From assembly GCA_003344405.1 (NCBI GenBank), contig NOWV01000136.1, forward strand, positions 124,001 through 188,000: 64,000 nucleotides of DNA, written 5' to 3'. This DNA is from Trichoplax sp. H2 (Eukaryota). The notes under the pieces were generated by a model. The model worked only from the letters and a program-made list of their open reading frames with translations, ran no database searches and was not told the DNA's origin. Numbering within the stretch: position 1 is the first letter of the stretch; each line of letters starts with the position of its first letter. Shown here one piece after another: positions 1 through 15,742 of the stretch. The position numbers were made by a program, and so were the translations under genes.

Positions 1-1029
1 AAGGTTACTTCGACTAACAAATCATGGCACTTCGATAGAGTAGCTACAGTATGCTGTAAATACCGTACCATTAAGTAATCCAGCACAAATCGAGTCCTAT
101 AGGTGGTTCAATATTGTCACTACATAACAAAATATACCCATTTCTGCCACATAAATAGGATTGCACTATTTTATTTAACCTTAATTCCATTTAAAAATCA
201 TGGCACTTCAATGAATCTCTACGAAAACAGCTAAAGCAATAGTAGTTTTCAAAATATCTTTGCTGATCAATAGACGGTCTGGAAGAAATCTAGAATAATG
301 GCATGTTTTTCTCAGAAACATATGTAACATATTTAATCATCTTGAATAGGCATCTTCGTACTCTCTCGGAAAGAAATTCCGGTAGAATTAGCATATACCT
401 TTATTGTGATCAGTCCTTAATGATCTTGAAGAGGCTAAGACATTTTTGTTACTGAAATCTTGCACAATTACTGAATATTTATGTCATTTTTATTTGTATA
501 TGCTACAGACAGGTATTGTCTATGTGTATTATAGTAGCACGAACAAAAAATACCTACCTCTACGGATTTTCAGATGTTTTTAATTAATGTTTAATCATTA
601 GACCACCTCTATAATCAGTCTTAGTACAGGTGCCATGCCAATCGCAAAAAAACATTATTCATACATTTACCGCAAGGTAACTGCACATTAAAGCCAAGCT
701 TCTGGTTGTAAGAAACTGTACTGTAAGTATCTAAAATAATATCAAATTTTCACTTCCACCGTCTACCCTATACCATGAACTATTAGAAATACTATAGTTT
801 CTAGTAGCCCATATTCAAACCTTTGCCTATACAAAACTGGATACCGCAATTGTTCATGATTGATAATGATACTGTCTCAAACACCGTATATTAATCGTTC
901 ATAACTGAAATCGAAAGCAAAATAATCATTTCAGATCCTATATCGACTATGATAAAGTTAGGTACTAGACAACGTGTAGGCAATGGCCATTATATAATCA
1001 ACTAGACTATTTCTATAGTATAATATTGT

Positions 1030-1270
1030 AATTACAAGACATGCTACCGGCAATAGTTTCATAGTACCCTGTAAAATCATATAAGGCCATAGTCCATCTA
1101 CGCGTATATTAATAATAAATACTGTATATCCCATATAAAAGAATACTATTTATTAATGGATATGTACTTTGGATATTTGATATGCTACCGGTTATGGTAT
1201 CACAGTACTCGATACTGTAAAATTGTATAAAGTCGTAGTCTATTCACATTAATCTACCGCATATTAGGGG
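1030..1270. repeat. Degenerate ~140-bp tandem duplication
   Basis: ATGCTACCGG...CTGTAAAAT...TAGTC...TATTA at 1041 and 1182. Confidence 0.6.
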
Positions 1271-2459
1271 ATGTCATTTATTTTTTAGTGTGTTCATATA
1301 TATATACTTTAGATATATTGATGCGTTATAATGGCTATCTTTCCACGTGGAATTACATTTTATGGTATTACGCTTCTATCCAACGTGGTATAGAGTATAT
1401 TTATAGGTGACAAAATGTAATCTACGACACTTATTTCCGCTAGCCGTGTTAGATAAATCAATGACTAACAATTAATAAGCAAATTTACGAACTATAATTT
1501 AATTTAATGTCAATCATTGTCAATTGACATTGAAGCTATCAATAGTATTTTATTATTTGCTTTAAGATCAAGAAAATACGTACGGTATTTTAAATTAAGA
1601 GCATTATAAAGCAATATCATACTCAGTTGTATAAACCAAACGTTGCTGTTCGTGAATGATTTATTAATTTTCGACCAATCTAATCGTGAAAATAAATGGC
1701 GTGATGTCAAATTGCCTGTACTTTATTTGACAGAGGTTATACCGTACTATGGAGAAGTAAGATTAAGAACATAATTTCGAAAGAAAGATACACTTTCTAA
1801 AATGATATGAAATACTATGAATAGTAGTTAGTAAAATGATTCACAGTAATATTAGCCAGTATCCTAGTTTCAACAGTTACTGGCATAAAACAGTTTTAAA
1901 AATTTTACCATGCCCTACAAGATTTTACTTTAATAATGAATGCATAATAACGATCATTCATTATAAAGTATAGCCTCATAGATTAATAAAGGATACGAAG
2001 TATATTAAATAGGAAATTTTAGGAATAGAGTAAAACATCAAGCAATATATCGGTAGAATCTATCAGCAGAGGATAAATCACTATGTAAAAATGGATATTT
2101 AAGAGTATGATCGCCATTTTTATATTTTCGATATCTGCAGTTATTTGAAGTAATCGGTCAACTCAATTAATTATTTTTCCGATTTCTTGGACCGTAGCAG
2201 AATACAATAAGGAATAACAGCATAATTAGGAAAAGAGTATTTAAGAGTAAATGCAAAATTACAGATACCCAATAATATAGATATAATGATTAACCACGGC
2301 TAGCAAGGTAACTGAAATAACACAACTTGAAAAAAAATTGATTTTACACTTTCAATCAATATTCTGATTTAGATATATTAAATTCAATTAAATAAGATCT
2401 TTATTTACTTTCTCTATATGGCACAAATAGAATAGTCCTACAGTCCAAGATTGACATAC

Positions 2460-3467
2460 TTAAACTGTAGTACTCCAGAGGGACCAAGTACGTGCTGCGA
2501 CTGGAGCGGTAGAATGAAAGGAAGTTTCTTGCCAACTATTGTGATTATGATTAAGGAATTTACTTTTAAAAATACAAATAACTTCAACCATTTCTATACG
2601 TAAGCTCTGAGTATTGAATAAGTAGACCAGTGGATTAACGGTGGCATAAATAAAGATTAGCAAAATTGAAATACCGTAAACATAGTAAAATACATCTTCA
2701 TTAAGCCAACCATTAATAAAACTTGAAATGATATAAGGCGACCAACAAAAGGAAAAGATACCAATAATCATTAAAATATGAGTTATAGCTCTTGTTTTCC
2801 TTTTCGCTCGCAATATTAACGGTCTATTAGAAACTAGCGCTGAAATGGATCGTTTACGTGACCAAATTACGATTAGTATACGAACATAAAAAATAATAGT
2901 TACACCCAATGGCATGAAAAAGAGGAGTGCAGAAAATGATTTTAACAGCAATTGACTACCAGTATCGAGCTGAAAATTGACATCACAGGCTGTCATATTT
3001 CCTGGTGGCACAACTGACATAGTAACGATAGCTGGTGCAGCCAGTGAAGCAATCCAAATTAATAAAATAGACAGAGATTTTTTAACTGGGGTTAAAGGTG
3101 AGTGTAATGGATAAATAACATGACAGTAACGATCGTAACTAATTAAACTTATATGATAATTAATATTAATCGACATAGATTGAGCTAATAATGGTAATAT
3201 AATGCAGAAGGGGAAAAATGTTTGGATTTGAGGGAAACCAAATGTTGGTATAACATAGAGTCCACCGAAGAGAGCACCGGCGAAAAATTTACTACACAAG
3301 ATTAGATTGGATGAATTATGTAGCCTTTTACGTGCACAAATTAGCATCATAACCGCTACATTAGTCATAACAGCGAGACAGCCAATGGACACTGCAGTAA
3401 TTTCATATGCAACTGAGTCAATAAAGTTGTCAGGATCGCTCATTGGATTATCATTTGAAGAGGACAT
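2460..3467 (-). CDS. Intronless rhodopsin-like (class A) GPCR, 335 aa
   Basis: Seven hydrophobic segments; TM1 N (VMTNVAV), DRY (SYDRYCHVIYP), TM4 W, TM5 P (FFMPL), TM6 FSFCWSPY, TM7 NPLVY; AATAAA on the minus strand at 2400-2405. Confidence 0.93.
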   Translation of the reverse strand: MSSSNDNPMSDPDNFIDSVAYEITAVSIGCLAVMTNVAVMMLICARKRLHNSSNLILCSKFFAGALFGGLYVIPTFGFPQIQTFFPFCIILPLLAQSMSININYHISLISYDRYCHVIYPLHSPLTPVKKSLSILLIWIASLAAPAIVTMSVVPPGNMTACDVNFQLDTGSQLLLKSFSALLFFMPLGVTIIFYVRILIVIWSRKRSISALVSNRPLILRAKRKTRAITHILMIIGIFSFCWSPYIISSFINGWLNEDVFYYVYGISILLIFIYATVNPLVYLFNTQSLRIEMVEVICIFKSKFLNHNHNSWQETSFHSTAPVAARTWSLWSTTV

Positions 3468-6400
3468 TTTTTTCTTGAGTTAGCTAGCGTCTAGCGATAT
3501 AAAGGCCTTTCCTGTTTGATTTACAATTCTTCTTGAAGACTGATATTTCAAGTTTTATCAATAATGACTTAAATAGTCGTATTAATATTTTGCTTTTGTT
3601 TCAAGTTGTGGCGATAGTAATATTAAGAAAACAACTCTTTATGCTACAGAATGATGCTATTCACAGTGATGACATCCATTACTTTCCGCAATACTTTGAA
3701 TATTCTCATGCCAATTGGGGCTATCAATGACCTATTTGTTTGAAGAGAGATATTGCAAATCTAAATATCAAAATACAAAAGTATGAATGAGAATACTGTA
3801 TCTCTTTAAACTTGGAATTAGGTTATGTAGTATTCAATTAATTTCAATATCGTCAAAATTGTGAATGGATTCATATTTGGCAATTCTACAAATCCTAGAT
3901 TACTAAGTTAAGGTACTGATATGAAATAGCAATTTTTTATTATTTTCTAGTTAGAATGAAATGGATACACTAGCTAGCGTAATTTTTCTTAACTCACCTA
4001 GGATAACAATAAATTTACACTAGAGTAACGTGTTTAAATGATCTAATTATTGTAATGGATACTTAACTTAAAGGCATGAGAACAAGTAAAGAACCATGTC
4101 AGAAAATAACAGTAATTCCTTTTCTAATGTGGTATTGACTATATTTAGCATACCACTAATAGTTACAAAATTGGTAATACGAATAATTCAGTTGGATTAA
4201 TCATTACTCGTAGATATACCGTGAGATTTCTTTCTTAATTACGATACTCCACAAAATTCTATCATTACAAAAAATATTGGCGATATAACTGCATAAAAAA
4301 TAAATACATAGAATGCATTATTTTGTAGCATTCAGTACCAGAAAGTGTCTGAAAATTTTTTTTCTGCATCTTAATACTTCTATTAGGTTGTGAATCTACT
4401 TAGCCGTAAATCGTCAAATGGTTAGGATAAACTAAGCGAAAATAATATTCAAGAATAAGAATAGTACCTTAGAAGCGAGTTGTGAAGAAGCCAAATAGTG
4501 GAAGGTTTATAAACTTTTCTAATCCAAAGTTGTAACAGTTATATTATAGCTACCGCAAGTACTGAAAAGAAACAATCAAAACTGATATAGAAACGTTATT
4601 CAAAATTTTCCTTTTAAGACAAAATAAGGGACTATGTTCGATCTAACGATTAGTTGATAATTACCTCGGTATTACAGTCTTTGATGCAATAGGTTACGGT
4701 CCAATTCTATTAGTTAGTTATTGGTAATCTGAGCAATGGGAAGATCAGAAAGAGAAAGTTATTAAACGTCTAAATCGATTACTTTTATCTACAACTCTAT
4801 GACAGTAATGAGTTTTACAACAGGCACAAGTATATATCCAATCAGATGACAATAATTAGTGAAAAAAAAATTAGTGATACCCAATGCTTTAAGTAATTTA
4901 GGGTGAAATTAGATCGAATTAAATGTAACTAGATTGCCAATGCTTACGCTCTATCATCATTAGTTTTAAATTATTTAAATCCTATCTGCCAATTAATAAA
5001 ATTGAAATTAGTTCTAGATATTGTATGTCAATATATCTTCTTAATTAATCCAATTGAAAGAGGTTACTATGAGTTAATGATCGCTTTATGTCATGTTGGA
5101 CTCAATTTTTACTGCAGAAAAACAATTATGAAACATGTAGTTCAATAATATTAAAAATTTTGAGAAGAACCTGTAATGTCCTGCAAATCTATGGAGTGAA
5201 GAGAATACGTAACAGATATAAAATAAATGCTAAAACGATAGATGCCAGCAAATTGAAATAGATGTAGAATAATAAAACAACCTTTCTAAATCAATCTTGC
5301 GACCTCAATCAATATATTTAATGGCTATTCTAGTAAATATTTTAAATTATCAACTAATGGTGTCAAAAAGAAAAATGAAAAAAATTTTTTTTAATTATTA
5401 ACTTATTTGATATCTAGAACAAATCAGACTGGGTCACCTTAATTTCTATGCCCTGAGGCTACTACTGGCAAAATAGCTACCTTACTTACATGTAATATAC
5501 GAGTAGATTGCTGTAGATTAATAAAATGCTACTATTTTGATTATAGTAATATCAGCGTAGTTGATCCATTACCGATTAAGATTATTAAAAATTTGATGGA
5601 ACTAAATTGAAGCAATTTCATTTTTTTATAGGTTATTTTATTAATTAACAGTTCATTTTAATACGCAATAAGTCTTTACCGATCATACTAACCATGGACC
5701 ATCAAGCATTAAATCAGTGTGTGTATTTTTGTAACAGAAAGAGATCAAAAATAAATTGCTACTGCTGCGTCGCCAGCTTTCGACATCAATCAATAAATAA
5801 TGAATTAAGTCAGATTTACCTCTCATACTTGTATATTCTCAATCAATAATTCGATCAATGATTTAATGATATAGAATGAAAATCATTGGATACTAAATGC
5901 GATGTTGACTCGGCTCAATCAGTAAATATTTTTTAGTCAATAGCTATGGATCAATTGAAATAAAGGGCCAACTTGCGTGAAGACAAATAATATCGATGAA
6001 TTGCTTGGAAATTGAGATATTGACGTAAAGGATGCGAGCATGAACATTCAATCGGTTAAATCAATGAAATAGCACCAAACCACTATGTAATACTTTTTTA
6101 CCCACTCCTCTTCCTCTATTCTTTTTTCCGCTATTTTAAATTATCTATGATCTCTTAATCAATGGAAAGAATGAAATTTTTATTGCCTATTAACTCCTTT
6201 ATTCATAGTTTTATTGAACTTTGGTATTGCCAGTTTATCGATCAGAGATGCTACTTGTATCGTTACAGAGCGTAAACGTATCGAAAGTAATTGACTTATA
6301 AACCGACATTGATGGCAAAGGCATAAATAAAGAAGGAGGAGCTAGCGTTTATTATAGTCTAGCAAAGTATTCAAATTTTAAAAAATGAAAGTCTCGCCCT

Positions 6401-9191
6401 TCCACCTTATTCCTCTAGACATTCAAGATAGTGTAACAGTATATTGTTATCATCGCTCTTATAGTGGTCCAGCCAATTGCAAATTAAAATATAGAGAATA
6501 GACAATTAACGAATAGTATTGATATTTTTTTGCCCTGTACGATGGAATTCACACTTATCATATTCAATTTGCTAAATACTATTTATTTCCCCATAATATT
6601 GTTGGCTAAATGAAGATACAGAGATTTATTCTATTGAATAGATTGAATCATGATGCGCTAGAAGTAAACAAGCTTCATTTTTACTTTACTGTATTTCGGC
6701 TCAAATTTTAATTCACATATGTTCTAGTTGTACTTTTTTTGACCCACTTAATTCCGTTATAAAAAAAACGCATAAAAATTATGAAAACATCCGATAGAAG
6801 TTGCTATTCTTTTATCCATTTACATTACATGAACTGTCACAGGTAAAATATGGATTTGTTGTTCCTATTGTTATTATCAACACTGATGTTGTTGTTGTTG
6901 TTGCTATCAATGTATTAATATAAGTGAGATCATGTTATTGTTTCGGTTAGGTAAAAGCGACATGTACACCCACTAATCTACAACTTTAAGGATAGAAAAC
7001 AATTCATTGCATATATTCCCCTCAGGTCAAGTCCCTAGAGAAAAATATGTCAAAATAGATCTTTTAGAAGCTGCCATTATCATTCACTCTGTTGACAATA
7101 TAGGATATGAAATCGATCAAAGAAGACATTTTCAGCATCAATCTTTGGTTTTACTTTTTATATTTATTTACTTTATTGACATATAGTATCATTATGTTGC
7201 TACAATATTTAAAAATAGCATCTAGTTTCTATCAGTACAACGTAGAAATGATGATCGAAATTTTCTGTAATTCAAGCTTAAGGGAAAGGAGTGGAGTTGG
7301 AGCTAACAAAAATTATCATTCATTTTCAATTCACTTTAATGTCATTAAATAGTACATAATTGGCAATACTTTGATTGCCATTACTTACCAGCATTGACTA
7401 AAATTTATACCCTCCAGTAAAACACTTAATAATTTTGAATTAGCACATTATCAAAGTAATGACAATCTACACTTACTTATTTATACTGTACGGAATGAGA
7501 ACAAATTATATCGAAATTAAAAGTTTAGTAACTTATTACTTTGGGTAATAATTTACAAATAATATCCAATTTAAAATATTAGAAGTAGATGAGTGACAGG
7601 ACTAGAACAGCCACCGATAATGCTAAAATACCTTACTAAATCGAATAAAATGTTAAGGAATATCCCTACAGTCTAGGTAATAAATATTTAATTACGTCAT
7701 GACAGCCTTCAATATAGATATCATCGGATTCCTGAGTATTAGAATTGATCATCTAAGCGATCTGGTCGAACTATAGATCTACCCTATATAAACATTGCAG
7801 TTAAATAAAAACCTAATGGCGTATTTTTGTTGAAATAAATCATACTGGGAATTTTTCAGTTTAGACGACTACTGAATATGAATATTATGCGATTTAGGGA
7901 AAATATATCAGTACAACATGTCATAGAAAATTAAAACTGCGTTATATGTCGATTTATTGATTATAGAATTCGATATTAAAATTTTACCAGGCTAGTAGCA
8001 GTCATAATTGAACGAATGAACTGGATATTTAGATAGAAAAGATGATATTATATAGGAGAAAAGTGATACTATCCAATTGGAGAATGGATTCAAAGATGAT
8101 ATGATCACGCTGCTAAGTTTCACAATATCATGGCTAGCAATAATTTCATGCATGAATCATGAATCACTTAACAAAGTCAATAGATGACTTTGAAACAACA
8201 GAATTATAATAACGATCATTTTAAAGGGGATAAAATATCGATATAGGACTACGAAGTAAAAGCAGACAAGATCATGCTTGATTAACTAACAATTTTAGTT
8301 CAATTTTGCGTGGAGATTACCTCTATTAGCTATTGTATGGGTAGCAGAAGACATGATGACATTTTGCAATGGCTTAAATTAATGGTCATTGTGTCAAGAA
8401 ATAAGTTGAACATGATAACTCATAAAAATATTTCATCGAAACATTTTTTATTTCTCGATAATTCATTAGCCAAGTCCAATTTGATTGAATCCTTAATTTA
8501 TTACTAATAATGTGAACAATTGAAAATCATACAATAATCATATTTTCGGAAGTAAAAAAGCACCTGGCCATGTCCTCTAGCTAGTATATTGTAATGCCCG
8601 CTTAAGTATTGTATTCTTCGATGATGTTACTGGGCCTAGCTGTCAATTTAATATGATAGTATTAATTGAACTCTGCTTTCAATTGCCACTATATCGTAGA
8701 CATAATAATGTTAAGTAAGTTTTATCAAATATGATGCCTAGGATTAGATCAAAGCAGGCCAATCAATAAGGTTCTGTTAATATTCCGTACAATAGGTTAT
8801 AAGAACAATAGTAATAATAGAATACAAAATAGAGGTGGGCTAATATTTTAATTTCTTTTTACTTCCGATCTTTTAGTTGAAATCGGGGGTCCAAATATCG
8901 TCTTTATAGCCTATTCTTCAACCGGTAATGTTGACTTGATAATTTCGCCTGGTAATCATAAAGGAATCAATAAAGCCTGTAATTACCGGTGTAGATACAA
9001 TTTTACTAGGTCATGTTCATGAGATCACAATTTCTTTAATTCTTATGAATGGCTCATCTTTGCCTATGGGTAATAAAATCAATGTTATATACATTCCCAA
9101 TTGCAGAACAACTGCATATATTATTAATGTAAGACCTGAGAATGAGCATGTGAGTAACGTTCTCGGATGATAATGGCACGGCCCGTGGTTA

Positions 9192-10482
9192 ATAAACTCG
9201 AAGAAATCGCATAAAAAGTCTCCAGGTGATATACATCCTTTTAATTTATATTATATAACTGCCCCCAATTTGACTTACAGTACATTTACATATAAATACG
9301 GCTTAATATAATAGCATTGGATAATAAAAAAGAAAATCAAGCACATCACGCGATGTTAGTGAACTTCCAATCAGGCTCTATATGCACAAAGGACAACATG
9401 AATGTCATCAATACTATCGCAACTTAGACTTCCTATCCATTATTGTCAAGTAAGGATGTTAATGATCCAAGTACGTAAGTAAACGGATGATGAGTACTAA
9501 TATAATTCCAATAAATTTGTCTTAGATCCTGTAACAGCATACTTTCTTGTATGTGTACGTATTATTTAAAAAATTATTGTATAATATCACTTCCTTATCC
9601 ATCTGCATACTGTTACCATTGAAGAAATTGCCAAGATAAATGTCTTACTATTATATTCAACCCTCATCCAGTTTAAAACAAAGTATTATTGTCTTATTAG
9701 AGGTAAGCGCCAAAGTAAATGCAGATAAAAATGAAAATATTGCCAGCCTCCAAATTGACGTATACCTTAAAAATTGAATTGTTTTTATTTCCCCTTAAGT
9801 TCGTGAAATAATATTAATAATAAATAGAATTTATATTGACAGAAGCCGCATTACAATGGCAGTCTGTATTACTTTAGATGAAACTTGAATATTAANNNNN
9901 NNNNNNNNNNNNNNNATAAACTCGAAGAAATCGCATAAAAAGTCTCCAGATGATATACATCCTTTTAATTTATATTATATAACTGCCCCCAATTTGACTT
10001 ACAGTACATTTGCATATAAATACGGCTTAATATAATAGCATTGGATAATAAAAAAGAAAATCAAGCACATCAAGCGATGTTAGTGAATTTCCAATCAGGC
10101 TCTACATGTACAAAGGACAACATGAATGTCATCAATACTATCGCAACTTAGACTTCCTATCCATTATTGTCAAGTAAGGATGTTAATGATCCAAGTACGT
10201 AAGTAAACGGATGATGAGTACTAATATAATTCCAATAAGTTTGTCTTAGATCCTCCAGTTTAAAACAAAGTATTATTGTCTTATTAGAGGTAAGCGCCAA
10301 AGTAAATGCAGATAAAAATGAAAATATTCCCAGCCTCCAAATTGACGTATACCTTAAAAATTGAATTGTTTTTATTTCCCCTTAAGTTCGTGAAATAATA
10401 TTAATAATAAATAGAATTTATATTGACAGAAGCCGCATTACAATGGCAGTCTGTATTACTTTAGATGAAACTTGAATATTAA
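9192..10482. repeat. Near-identical duplicate across a gap (alternative haplotypes), with a 137-bp indel
   Basis: 9192-9895 matches 9916-10482 with a few SNPs; ~9530-9666 is absent from the second copy. Confidence 0.85.
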
Positions 10483-13400
10483 TGGAACAAAATAAAATGC
10501 CAAGTTTCAATTAATTGCGGTATCGTTTCAAGTGTTTCATCAAATTTTCTGATACCTGCAGACTGATACCCCAAGAAATTGAGGAAAACTGAATCGTTTA
10601 TATTAAATAACAGAATCAAGGTAACATACACGTATAAGCGAATGCTTAAACTCTACAAGAGCATCTGAACTTTTAGACCAATGCCCTTTTAATAAGAATG
10701 CAGCCTGCACGGTGTTAATAATATATCATGAGATACTCATATACGTCCCTTCAAAGAAAACATTACATCCTACGTTATCAGACAGTTAACTAATGACTAT
10801 GAGTAAGAAAGCTGTTCCATGCTTAGCACGCGTAAATTAATTAAACTTTAATTGCAATAAGTTGTTAAATTACGATTAAGGCTTGTACTGTTGTTGAGCT
10901 GAAAATTAAAGTATTATAGTATATAGAATACTAAAATTTAATTACCCTCTAAGCTGTCAGTAAATCTAGTCATATAAAATCAAATTAACCTAATTTCAAT
11001 ACCTTCGTCTAACCTGTCTTGAGGGTAAGCAATAGATTGAGCAGAGTGTATAGAGATGTAAAAGTTATCGTAGGCTTTTTATAGCTTAAAAAATATTATT
11101 GAAAGAAAGACATCAAAGTTTTTCATGGTTTAATATTTACACAGTATATGGAATGAACATCGCTATTAACCATGCTATAGTATGGATAGAATGTAGTGAG
11201 AGAATTAGAAAAATAGTCCTTTCACTGTAGTTAAGACTCAAGATACTTAAATTTACATTAAATTAGCGTCTTTCATTCTTATGATTCATTTATTTCTTTA
11301 TTCGTAGAGGAATTCCTGAAGAGTTAAAAATACCTCAAGAGTATGAAGATACCAGTTGATCAATGTAACCCAATCTAAACTATCTAGGCACAGTAATTCA
11401 TCTTACGTAAAAAAATTAAAATCAAAAATTAATTCTATATCGAGTGTAACCTCAAATTAGATTGGAAACGCATTTTGTATTTCATATACTTTGATTTACC
11501 GCCAGACATTGTTACTACTTATCCTTATCCTATTAGTCATAAACGATGTAATACAACGTTATATTTCATTTCCGTTTTTTATGTATCGGAATTACAAAAA
11601 ACAACTAGAGAATTCTTTTGTATTAGCTATGATTCTCCTTTCCTTTAAATTTTAATATCTAAAAGTGATAGGCTTCTAAAAGTTCCCATGATTCTACTCA
11701 TAGTACATTACCAAAATTGATTAGTGATTGATTTTGAATAATTAATAATAGATAATCTGTCGGCTTTTCTTATATATTATACACGGTTTAGATAGTTAAA
11801 TATCTTTAATTTCAATTCCATTGTATTCTAATATTAAACATTTATTAAACAGCCTTATTACCTTATTACCTCATCAAACGGCAGCGAAGAAACTTATAGC
11901 TGGGAATATTTAATCGCTCAAGTTATACAATACTAAATGTAGCTCTTCTACTGTCTTATTCATTGTTATATTAGAATTTGCGGCATTCAGTTTAATTGAG
12001 AAAGGAGTCAAAGAGAAGACATATATATATATATCTTTTTTCAGATATACTGTACTTACATGTATCTACATAATACAGTATTTACTCGAAATCTCGACCT
12101 AGAAACTATAACGAAATGATTTTCCTGGAATTATAAACCTAAATTCTCTGGGATAAAAATGTTTGATAGTATTTAGACTATATCCATCGCAACGCATACT
12201 GGTAGCGACATATATATATTTGCAATTCGAAATTATAAAGCTACAAGCTTAGAAAAGATTCAATATCTCAACTTGACGATAACTGGGATTCACAATTGGC
12301 CTTGATCTATCAAAGACTAATGTAATCGATCAATGATCTAAATAGATATTCGTAAGTTTTCACCTCTTAATGCAAAATTTGACATCGAAAGTTTTTAATT
12401 AACACATAAAGTTACAGTTGATATAACCGAAAATGCCTCTATTGAACTCAGGAATAATGAGTCAAGGTTCAATACAGAGACGAAACCAACAACATAATAC
12501 TACAAAATAGCTTATATGTGGCGCAATCTATAACATAAATTAATTATTGACTATGGCTACAAGCTTTTGTACGAAAGAAGAGTATGTCTATCGTGTTAAC
12601 CTTCTGCAAAGATAAGACTCCATCGGCTTTATAGCTGGCTAGTATCCAATTAATCGATAGCTACTCATGAAAAATAAGTTAGCATGAAATTAATGAGCAG
12701 AAGCATATGATAAAATATAGGAAATCTGTTGATCATAAAAACATTGCGCCAAGTCAAAAATGAACGCATATAGATTCATAAATAATTTGATGCCAAGTAG
12801 CTTAGTAAAAGCGATTTTAATCTGCTATTCGATTCATCCGACCACTCTAATTCTTATTAATGATGCAGGAATACAAATTGGTTTGAAAATATTACAGTAC
12901 AAATGTTGCGTCAAATTTTGCAATAAATTAAGTACTAAAACTTTTAGAGACGAAAAGGACTTATCTTCATATTTGCGTTATATCAATTTTTTGCTTTCAA
13001 TTCACCCATTTCTTATTTATCCGTTTCTAGGAAATTATGTTATAAGCATCTACTTATATGTATGTCATGAGAACGACTCTATTGTCTAGAAAACTATTGT
13101 GTCTCCTTCAAATAGTTATATTGATCAGCATTATTATTGCCTGTTTAATAAAATCTATTTTGACACCTTTATACGGTATTTAGAGAATAAAAGTGTTTTA
13201 TTTATTGATGTATAAAATTTTATATAACGCAGCAGAAAATTTAAGTACTTATTAAATAAAAAACTTTGGACTGTACTTTCGTTTATTTGCAAATAAGTAG
13301 ATGGATTTTCAATTTAGTCTAGAAATTGATATTTGTGTATCTATTGGTTGATTGTATTGTATATCAGTCAATAATTGAGTATCCGATAATTTATATACCT

Positions 13401-15742
13401 TCAAATTTTGAAGATGGAAGCGAGAAACTTCAGGTTTGTCATAGGCTACGATCATATCTTAAAAAAAGCTCTCAACTCTACTGATTTGTATCCAAAATTA
13501 ACTTCCATTTATTTGATAAAATTCAAGGATATTTTGAATATTAGATCTGACATTGTCAAGGATATAATCTTTTATAATTGTCAGTAACTTTATATTCTAA
13601 TCAAAATTTAAATGATTCAACAAAAAGAATGGAATTGAATTCGTTTTTCTTTAAATTTTTCTATTGTAATGCAACGTTACAAGTAATTATCTTCCTACTC
13701 TATCTGATATTATTCTACTGATTATTAACGAGGTCGTAATGATTTTCCTAAGCGATCTAACACAATATTCAATTACTTTTCTGGAATGCTTTAGTTCATC
13801 TATCAGTACTCATATTTATTTTTTACATATATTTTTCTGATATCCAAAAATAAAAGTTACCAGGCTAGAATGAGATTTTAGAATGATCATTATCATCGAA
13901 TCGATTTTGCAATTCGGCTGATCCATATTCAATTGCTACGTACTTATACATTTACAGAATTTTGAAGAATAAAAAATCAAATAATTATAGCATTTATTTC
14001 TACTGCCAACCCAATGCTATATATTTACATAGTTTAAACATCTTTTACTAAAATTAGATTAATACTTGTGTTGCCGTTAGTATAAGTATTAATTAATGGC
14101 AGAGCTTGGGAAGCTTATAAGATATTCTGACTAATTACTGCACCTGGTACTCAATTAAATAGTTGAAAAATTATAAATGTCTCAATAAAAGCTCCATGCT
14201 AACTTACCATATGTTTTTACTCCTGAATCTAGCTGTACAATAACGCAAATTGATTAACATTTCGGTAATATAACACTGATGTTAACTTTACAATTTGAAT
14301 AAATATAAAACTAATTAAGATCTCGATCGATATGTGGTTGCTGATTAGCGATTAACTGGAATCATATTTGAACAGCATAGTCTTAAACACAAACTCTCAA
14401 CATTAATACAATCGTAATCTAACTATTATTGCTACTATAGTGGTATTTTAATGTTCGTAATATCAAAATAAAAAGAAATTAATGACTACTGGCCTACTAA
14501 AAGGCAATCGCCTGAATTAGTAAATATGCATTCACTATCAAGCAAAACACCGTAGTGCGATATGATTATAATAGCAGATGATAGAATTACGATTACAGAA
14601 TTGCTTGTTTCTGTCTAGCTTTATTTAATTTTTTTGCGATTCAATATTTTGCCATATAAACACAAGATATATTAGTATTGAGACTGCCATTTCTGCATGA
14701 CTATTACTGCAGATATAAATCATTTCTAGGCATCCAAACAAGTCAATTCTAATGAAAGCAAATACATGGTCTTATCCGATCGAACGAGCCATTAAATTGT
14801 TTAACTTACGTATCTAAGATAAAAATATGTACAGTAATAGCAAGAAATAGCTGTAGATACCGCTAAGAAGCGTAAACATATGATAGAGAGAAGAGCCTAC
14901 TAATATTATTAAAGAAATGAGGTCCAAAAGCTTGCTTGATCCCATGCATATAAGTTGATAGTGAAGAATGACAGAAGAATCACCATTTTCAGTTTAATTG
15001 TACTACTGGTAAGCGACATCGTCTCTTGTTTGAAATAGCGAATAAAATACAGACTTTTATACTAAAATAAATTTAAATCTAAAGAATAATTGTTGCATGC
15101 ATAGATGATGTTTCATTTTACTATGGTACTGAGTTACAGTTATTACATTAATTATTATAAAGTATTTGATATTTTGATACTAAATTAGAATCGCTCGTGA
15201 TCGGACAATATCTTTATGAATTTGCCGATCGAATAGGTGCGATTGATCAATTAATGGATCAGCCATAACCAAATGGCATCCGATGAATTAAGTAATGAAA
15301 GTCAAAATATCCGTAGCTCAGATATTATATAATTATTACTGCAATTAGCAAAGTTCCGGTCATCAAATTACCATAGTCAAATGCTAAATGAAATATTAGG
15401 GCCCCTCCGAGTAGAATGTTACTGATACGATTTGTCTTAGTGTTTAAAATATTTGTGGTTCTGTTATATCGATCTAATACAATGAGTTTCAATCAGCCGC
15501 CAGGCATCTCATTATAAATGATCTAGATATCCTTGAGTGATATAAGTTTACTAATTAAATATAAAGTGACATACAGCATAGTTGTAGGAGTAGACATTGA
15601 CGCTCAAAAGTATTGGAAAACTATTATTAGCTGTCGGTAGATAATGAACGTTTAAGTACTGTCTTTTTCTCTAGTTTGATGGATGTTGAAAGGGCTATAA
15701 TTATTGAAATAGAAAAATATGGNNNNNNNNNNNNNNNNNNNN

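Noticed and set aside
14500-15030. Hydrophobic minus-strand peptide fragments as a GPCR pseudogene
   Set aside because: No class A motifs recovered in the frames I translated.
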